From the NCBI GenBank assembly GCA_016297895.1, contig JAEDFS010000001.1, forward strand, positions 35,504 through 99,503: a stretch of DNA of 64,000 nucleotides, read 5' to 3'. This document shows positions 58,586 to 64,000 of the stretch, one piece after another. Position 1 is the first letter of the stretch. Every line of letters begins with the position of its first letter. The notes beneath the pieces are model-generated. The model made no database searches. It saw only the letters and a program-made list of their open reading frames with translations, and was not told the DNA's origin. The position numbers and the translations under genes are program-made. The stretch is from Marvinbryantia sp. (GTDB lineage Bacteria; Bacillota; Clostridia; Lachnospirales; Lachnospiraceae).

Positions 58586-59473
58586 ATGCTGAAATCCAAA
58601 CGGAAGAGAAAAGAAATGTTCGATACCGTGCTGTATACCCTTCCGGCCATCATTCTGGTAACGGTGATGATGTACATTCCTTTTGTCATGAGCGGGTATT
58701 ACTCTCTTACAAAATGGAATGGAATTGCCAAGGATGCAGAGTTTATCGGACTGGAAAACTTTGTTACGATCTTCAGTAAAAGCAAGGATTTTACCAATGC
58801 TTTGCTCTTCACCGGAAAATATACCCTGTTGTTTATCATATTTTCCAATGTACTGGCACTTTTCCTTGCTGTCTGCCTGACGAAGAAATTCAAAATGGCC
58901 AATGTACTCAGAGGAGTGTTCTTTATTCCTTACATTATGAGTATGACGATCGTAGGCTTTATCTGGAAGTTCATCTTTACCCAGGGCTTTGCGAAGCTGG
59001 CTGATATGACCGGCTGGGCCGTGTGGGACTTCAGCTGGCTGGGTGATCCGAATCTTGCATTTTATTCGGTGGTCCTGGTTGGAGTATGGCAGTCCCTTGG
59101 ATTTTACATTGTGCTTTATATCGCAGGACTGCAGGCGGTTCCCTCCGATGTGCTGGAAGCCGCAACTGTGGACGGAGCTACCAGCAGACAGCGGTTCTTT
59201 AAAGTTACGCTGCCTCTTTTGGGACCGTCGATTACAACCTGTATTTTCATGTCACTGACAAACGGCCTGAAGGTATTTGATATTATCCTGGCGCTGACCA
59301 AAGGAGGTCCCGGCGGATCTACCTACAGTGTGACGCTGCAGATCTATAAGGAGGCGTTCCAGAACAACAATTATGGTCTCGGTTCTGCAGAATCCATTAT
59401 CTATTTCCTTGTGGTGCTGATCGTAACCCAGGTGGTGCTGAAATTCTTCAGCAGCCGTGAGGTAGAGTTGTAG
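58586..59473 (+). CDS. carbohydrate ABC transporter permease (CUT1, MsmF-like)
   Basis: FIGLENF, FFIP, W...G....LYIAGLQ.VP...EAA.VDGA, VTLPLL. Confidence 0.93.
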   Translation: MLKSKRKRKEMFDTVLYTLPAIILVTVMMYIPFVMSGYYSLTKWNGIAKDAEFIGLENFVTIFSKSKDFTNALLFTGKYTLLFIIFSNVLALFLAVCLTKKFKMANVLRGVFFIPYIMSMTIVGFIWKFIFTQGFAKLADMTGWAVWDFSWLGDPNLAFYSVVLVGVWQSLGFYIVLYIAGLQAVPSDVLEAATVDGATSRQRFFKVTLPLLGPSITTCIFMSLTNGLKVFDIILALTKGGPGGSTYSVTLQIYKEAFQNNNYGLGSAESIIYFLVVLIVTQVVLKFFSSREVEL

Positions 59474-59489
59474 GAAGGAGGATGGGACA

Positions 59490-60329
59490 ATGAATGTTAA
59501 GACAAGAAAGAAAACAGGAAAAATTGTTTTTTATGTACTCCTTCTTCTGGTAGCAGTGATTTATATTTATCCCGTTTATCTGATGTTCATGAACTCATTT
59601 AAACCCTTTGGAGAGATCGTGAGGGATGCCATTGCACTGCCCTCAAAGCTGGAAGTGGAAAACTATACTTATGTAGTGGACAAGATCGATTATTTCCGGT
59701 TGTTTGGAAACAATGTGATCATTACGGTGACGGGTATTGTGGGAATCGTTCTGTTCAGTTCGGCAGCGGCTTATATGCTGGACCGGAGAAAAAGTAAATA
59801 TACCAGGATCGCACATCTGCTGATCATCACTCCGATGCTGATTCCGTTTCAGACGATCATGATCACGCTGTTAAAAGCCATGAATGTGATCCATCTTTCC
59901 GGCAGCAGACTGGGTCTGGGTGTACAGTACTGGGGATTCGGAATTCCCATGGCTACCTTCATCTTCTATAATTTTATGAAGACCATACCGAAGGAACTGG
60001 ATGAGAGTGCTACCATTGACGGAGCAAATACACACATTACCTTTTTCCGGGTAATCTTCCCGCTGCTGAAATCGGTTACTGTAACCGTGATCGTACTGGA
60101 TGTTATGTGGATCTGGAATGACTTCCTGCTTCCGCTTCTGATGGTCAACAGCAGCAACGAGACAAAGACACTGGTACTGGCAGCCTATACCTTTGTAGGT
60201 CAGATGAATACCAAATGGCATTACGCTATGACAGCCATGGTACTGGCAGTTACCCCGTCTATCATTATTTTTATTTTCCTGCAGAAGTACATCGTGGAAG
60301 GTGTAGTGGCAGGAGCAGTTAAGGGCTAG
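59490..60329 (+). CDS. carbohydrate ABC transporter permease (CUT1, MsmG-like)
   Basis: NSFK, IPKELDESATIDGA, WIWNDFLLPL, QKYIV.G...GAVKG. Confidence 0.93.
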   Translation: MNVKTRKKTGKIVFYVLLLLVAVIYIYPVYLMFMNSFKPFGEIVRDAIALPSKLEVENYTYVVDKIDYFRLFGNNVIITVTGIVGIVLFSSAAAYMLDRRKSKYTRIAHLLIITPMLIPFQTIMITLLKAMNVIHLSGSRLGLGVQYWGFGIPMATFIFYNFMKTIPKELDESATIDGANTHITFFRVIFPLLKSVTVTVIVLDVMWIWNDFLLPLLMVNSSNETKTLVLAAYTFVGQMNTKWHYAMTAMVLAVTPSIIIFIFLQKYIVEGVVAGAVKG

Positions 60330-60378
60330 ACCTGCATTTCATGGGCAGGATCATAAATATAAAAAGGAGGAATAAACC

Positions 60379-61647
60379 ATGAAAAAGAAATTATTAAGCG
60401 TATTACTCAGTACAGCAATGGCTGCAAGCGCATTTGCAGGACTTGGAGTAACCGCAGCAGCAGAAGAGAATGAGATCTATATGTTCATCAGCTCACCGGA
60501 ATATGCCGATGCGATCAATGAACTGATCGATGCTTACAAGGAAGTAGCTCCGGATGTAACCATCAATTATGAGACAACTCAGAATGATTATCCGACTCTG
60601 CTGAAAGCAAAACTGAACTCCGGTGAAGTTCCGGATATTTTCTCTTCCACATCAGGAAAAGAGATCGACGTTTATCGTGAGTGGTCAGCAGATCTTTCTG
60701 ATCAGCCTCTGGCAGAGACCATGCTTCCGTCTGTAGCATCTTCCATGCAGTCTACAGAAGAAGGATCAGGCATTTACGGTCTGGCAATCAAAGGAAACTA
60801 CTTTGGTATTGTATACAACAAAGGTATCTTCGAGGAACTGGGACTGGAATTCCCGCAGACAGTAGAAGAACTGACTGCAGCTTGTGAGAAGATCTCTGAA
60901 GCCGGTTACAAACCGTTTACCTCAGGCTTCAGTGAGTGGTGGGTATTCAAACATGTATGGCAGCATTATCTGGCAGCAGCAGCTACCAATGCAGATACCA
61001 CAGTTGCAGAGCTGGTTGCAAAATTTGAAAGCGGCGAAGCAAAAGTAGCTGACTATCCGGAACTGTACACCAATTTCTTTGATTTCATCGATCTTGTTGT
61101 AAAATACGGCGATGACAAACCTCTGGAAACAGCACTGGAAAACGAACTGGCAGCATTCGGCAGCGGCGAAGCAGCTATGGTTTGCGGACAGGGTGCATGG
61201 ATCGAGGCAGATGCTCTTGCAATTGATCCGGAACTTCAGATCGGCTTCAACGGATATCCTGTAACTGATGATCCGGCACAGTGCCAGGTTATCTCCGGTT
61301 CTGATCAGGCTCTTCGTGTTTACAAAGATTCTGAGTCTCTGCAGGCTACACTGGATTTCGTTAACTGGTGGTATACATCAGAATACGGCATGGACTGGTT
61401 CAACAATGTAGCAGGCGTTGTGCCTCCTGTTAAGACAGATGCAGAAAGCGAATTTGAAGTAATCAAACAGGGAAGTGCTCTTGAAGCAGAAAAAGGTGCA
61501 GCTCCTCTCGGCGTTTGCTACTCCACAGACAGCTGGCATCAGGTATTCGGTGAATTAATGCAGGCTTACGTCGCAGGTACAGCAGACAAAGATGCAACCT
61601 GTGCAGCAATCGAAGAACAGTGGGCAGCAATTGAAGGCGCACAGTAA
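60379..61647 (+). CDS. carbohydrate ABC transporter substrate-binding protein
   Basis: Signal peptide; L.AKL.SGE.PDIF, GIVYNK.IFEELGLE.P.T..EL, F.SGEAAM...G.W. Confidence 0.9.
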   Translation: MKKKLLSVLLSTAMAASAFAGLGVTAAAEENEIYMFISSPEYADAINELIDAYKEVAPDVTINYETTQNDYPTLLKAKLNSGEVPDIFSSTSGKEIDVYREWSADLSDQPLAETMLPSVASSMQSTEEGSGIYGLAIKGNYFGIVYNKGIFEELGLEFPQTVEELTAACEKISEAGYKPFTSGFSEWWVFKHVWQHYLAAAATNADTTVAELVAKFESGEAKVADYPELYTNFFDFIDLVVKYGDDKPLETALENELAAFGSGEAAMVCGQGAWIEADALAIDPELQIGFNGYPVTDDPAQCQVISGSDQALRVYKDSESLQATLDFVNWWYTSEYGMDWFNNVAGVVPPVKTDAESEFEVIKQGSALEAEKGAAPLGVCYSTDSWHQVFGELMQAYVAGTADKDATCAAIEEQWAAIEGAQ

Positions 61648-61677
61648 AAACAGAAGACATATCGTTGTAAATGATTT

Positions 61678-61706
61678 CCGGGCGGATGATTCCGCCCGGT
61701 TTTTTT
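61678..61706 (+). terminator. intrinsic terminator of the sugar ABC operon
   Basis: CCGGGCGGA-tgat-TCCGCCCGG followed by T7. Confidence 0.9.
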
Positions 61707-61737
61707 GCGGTACCTGTGCTGCGGCACAGGAAACAGG

Positions 61738-61870
61738 CTTTATTCCCGCGAGCAACGAGCCAAGTAGCCGCACTTGTGCGGATATTTGGCGACTGCCGCG
61801 AGGGTCAAATACCCCGCTGCTCTGCAGCGCTACAAGCTTGATACCCCGTTGCTTGCAGCGGGGTATTTGA
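61738..61870. repeat. multi-hairpin palindromic element (REP/MITE-like)
   Basis: Hairpin GCCAAGTA-g-CCGCAC-tt-GTGCGG-a-TATTTGGC; perfect 16-bp inverted repeat TCAAATACCCCGCTGC (61805-61820) / GCAGCGGGGTATTTGA (61855-61870); partial copy at 43116. Confidence 0.75.
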
Positions 61871-61895
61871 TTCGGATGGAAGTTTGTGCTATAAT
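61867..61895 (+). promoter_or_regulatory. sigma-A promoter of the ATPase gene
   Basis: TTGATT-17 nt-TATAAT with extended TG. Confidence 0.7.
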
Positions 61896-61953
61896 ATTAC
61901 GATACCAGGGCGTGAAAACCCATGACATGGGACAGAAAAGAAAGGAAAAATGA

Positions 61954-63660
61954 ATGAACACATCATCAGATCTGCAGAATCTGTTAAGAAGAATTGACCA
62001 TAAGGGCTATCCGGCCTACAAAGATACACGGGGACAGTATCAGTTCCCGGGATATGTGCTTTCTATCGATCATGTACAGGGAGATCCATTTGCAGCACCC
62101 TCCAGAGTCAGTGTCCATGTAAGCGGCAGACAGGCAGGGTTTGACAGGGAGCTTTATGATATGCCCTGTAAAAAGATCGCTCTCCAGGATCATCTGCTTC
62201 GAAAAACAGCGGACAGGATCAGGGAATTTTCGTTTAAGGCCAGAGGCTCGGGAAAGAGCGGTCTGATTTCAGTCAGTCAGCCGGGGCAGGAGATCTTAAA
62301 TCGCAGCGGCTGCGTCATCGATCCAAATACAGGAAGTCTGATCCTGCGGATGGAAGTGGGGTTCCCGGCCAATGGAAGAACGATCAATGCGGGAGAACTG
62401 GAAAAGATCCTGTTTACCTTTCTTCCGGTGTGTGTGAGACAGACTTTATACCAAAAGGCCTATCCAAAAGAGGAACTGGAGTCGGTGATGCACCTGGCTG
62501 TGGATCAGCAGTATATCCGTCAGCAGCTTCCCATGCTGGGATTATCTGCTTTTGTGGCAAATGGTGCGATCCTGCCCAGAAAGTCAGGTGTTTCCATGCT
62601 GCCAATGAAGGAAGCGGTGCCATTTGTGTCTCCAGCGTCTATGGAAGTGACTCTGCAGCTGCCTTATGGGGGAACGATCAGGGGAATGGGAATCAAAAAG
62701 GGTGTGACGCTGATCGTAGGAGGAGGATATCATGGAAAATCTACCCTTCTGAAAGCATTGGAGCTGGGAGTATATAATCATATTGCCGGAGATGGCAGAG
62801 AGTATGTGATCACCGATGAGACAGCGGTAAAACTTCGGGCGGAGGATGGAAGGAGTATACAAAAAGCGGATATTTCCATGTTTATCCGCAATCTTCCAAG
62901 CGGCAGGGACACTGAGAGCTTTTATTCTGAGGATGCCAGCGGCAGTACCTCTCAGGCAGCGAATACTGTGGAGGCCATGGAGGCAGGATCCTCGCTCTTT
63001 CTGATCGATGAAGACACCAGTGCTACCAATTTCATGATTCGGGATGAACTGATGCAGCGGGTTGTTCATCGGGATCAGGAGCCAATCATACCTTTTATCG
63101 ACCGGGTGAGAGAGTTATATGAATCCTTTGGTATCTCTACGATTCTCGTGGCCGGAAGCTGCGGATCTTATTTTCATAAAGCGGACTGTGTTCTGCAGAT
63201 GAACCGGTATGTGCCGGAGGAGATCACAGAGCGGGCGAAAAACGAAGCTCAGCATTTTCCGGTGAAAGAGCCGGATCTGGAAAAAGCACAACGCCCATCT
63301 TTCGAAAGAGTGGTAAAGCAGGATCGTGCTTTTTTGAAGGAAGAACGGATCAAGACAAAGATCCTGGGGACAGAAGCAATTTCCATAAACAGGGATACCA
63401 TTGATCTCAGGCTGGTGGAACAGCTGGTGGATGGCGGTCAGCTTTCGACCATCGCACAGGCGGTGATTTATCTGAAAAAATATGTATTTGACGGAAAGCG
63501 AACGTTGTCCCAGGCGGTAAAGGTACTGGAAGAACTGATGGAACAGAAGGAGTTTGAAGGGTTCGTTCAGGGACAGATTCCGGGAAATCTTGCCATGCCG
63601 AGAATGCAGGAAATCTATGGGGCGCTGAATCGCTGCAGAGGACTTTTAAAGATCGAATGA
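61954..63660 (+). CDS. uncharacterised soluble ABC-class ATPase (ABC_ATPase PF09818-like)
   Basis: DHVQGDPFAAPS N-domain, Walker A GGGYHGKST, signature-like DASGSTSQA, Walker B LFLIDED; no TM, no adjacent permease. Confidence 0.8.
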   Translation: MNTSSDLQNLLRRIDHKGYPAYKDTRGQYQFPGYVLSIDHVQGDPFAAPSRVSVHVSGRQAGFDRELYDMPCKKIALQDHLLRKTADRIREFSFKARGSGKSGLISVSQPGQEILNRSGCVIDPNTGSLILRMEVGFPANGRTINAGELEKILFTFLPVCVRQTLYQKAYPKEELESVMHLAVDQQYIRQQLPMLGLSAFVANGAILPRKSGVSMLPMKEAVPFVSPASMEVTLQLPYGGTIRGMGIKKGVTLIVGGGYHGKSTLLKALELGVYNHIAGDGREYVITDETAVKLRAEDGRSIQKADISMFIRNLPSGRDTESFYSEDASGSTSQAANTVEAMEAGSSLFLIDEDTSATNFMIRDELMQRVVHRDQEPIIPFIDRVRELYESFGISTILVAGSCGSYFHKADCVLQMNRYVPEEITERAKNEAQHFPVKEPDLEKAQRPSFERVVKQDRAFLKEERIKTKILGTEAISINRDTIDLRLVEQLVDGGQLSTIAQAVIYLKKYVFDGKRTLSQAVKVLEELMEQKEFEGFVQGQIPGNLAMPRMQEIYGALNRCRGLLKIE

Positions 63661-63676
63661 AAGGAACAGGCAATGT

Positions 63677-64000
63677 ATGATAGTGACGGTGACCATGAAT
63701 CCGGCAATTGATAAAACCATAGAACTTGACCGGATGGTACAGGGAGGATTAAACCGGATCAGAAGAGCCATACTGGATGTGGGCGGAAAAGGAATTAATG
63801 TATCGAAAACGATCCGGGAGCTTGGAGGAACCAGTGTAGCATCAGGGTTTACAGGGGGAAGTGCCGGTAACCTGATCGAACAGACACTGAAAAGGCTTGG
63901 AATCCATACTGACTTTGTTCAGGTAGAGGGGGAGACCAGAACCAATACCAAAGTGGTGGAAAATGATGGAACACTCACAGAACTGAATGAAAAAGGGCCG
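63677..64000 (+). CDS. 1-phosphofructokinase family hexose kinase (PfkB), 5' part, runs off the window
   Basis: MIVTVTMNPAIDKT...GGKGINVS...GFTGG...GETRTN...TELNEKGP. Confidence 0.9.
   Translation, partial: MIVTVTMNPAIDKTIELDRMVQGGLNRIRRAILDVGGKGINVSKTIRELGGTSVASGFTGGSAGNLIEQTLKRLGIHTDFVQVEGETRTNTKVVENDGTLTELNEKGP

Noticed and set aside
61592..61870. Short ORFs 61592-61870 (+), 61555-61773 (-) and 43089-43286 (+)
   Set aside because: They cross terminators and palindromes, lack RBS, and their shared LxPRCLQR peptide only reflects the DNA repeat.
61954..63660. ATPase as the missing subunit of the upstream sugar ABC transporter
   Set aside because: No LSGGQ signature or MalK architecture; separated by a terminator and its own promoter.

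Overview
A 64-kb stretch of mostly core chromosome from a low-GC Gram-positive anaerobe; gene content and order suggest Lachnospiraceae (inference). In order: a reduced dcw cluster (3' end of an upstream gene, spoVD-like PBP, mraY, murD, ftsW, murA, ftsQ, ftsZ), a wall amidase with a nucleotidyltransferase, uvrC-hprK-glucokinase, PBP1A, yigZ-murI-DUF1934-tcdA, a liv ABC operon, pyrC-K-D and pyrF-E split by a deacetylase and an unusual lipoprotein trigger factor, purE-M-N-D, eda, gntR-clpC-hypothetical-radA, tRNA-Trp followed by a 3-gene AT-rich islet, leuS, a Cof hydrolase, mntP, a YesM/YesN two-component system with a sugar ABC transporter, an orphan ABC-type ATPase and the start of a PfkB kinase. 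I saw no CRISPR array, transposase, integrase, prophage or defence locus. Best leads: (1) a lipid-anchored trigger-factor paralogue lacking the ribosome-binding domain and carried on about 34 TTEEA repeats; (2) a ~130-bp multi-hairpin element at 61.7 kb with a 24/25-nt partial copy at 43.1 kb, whose end supplies the -35 box of the ATPase promoter; (3) a post-tRNA islet with an apparently exported C26 hydrolase; (4) an FtsQ with a long acidic tail; (5) an unannotated 50-aa membrane protein. Novelty cannot be established without database searches.
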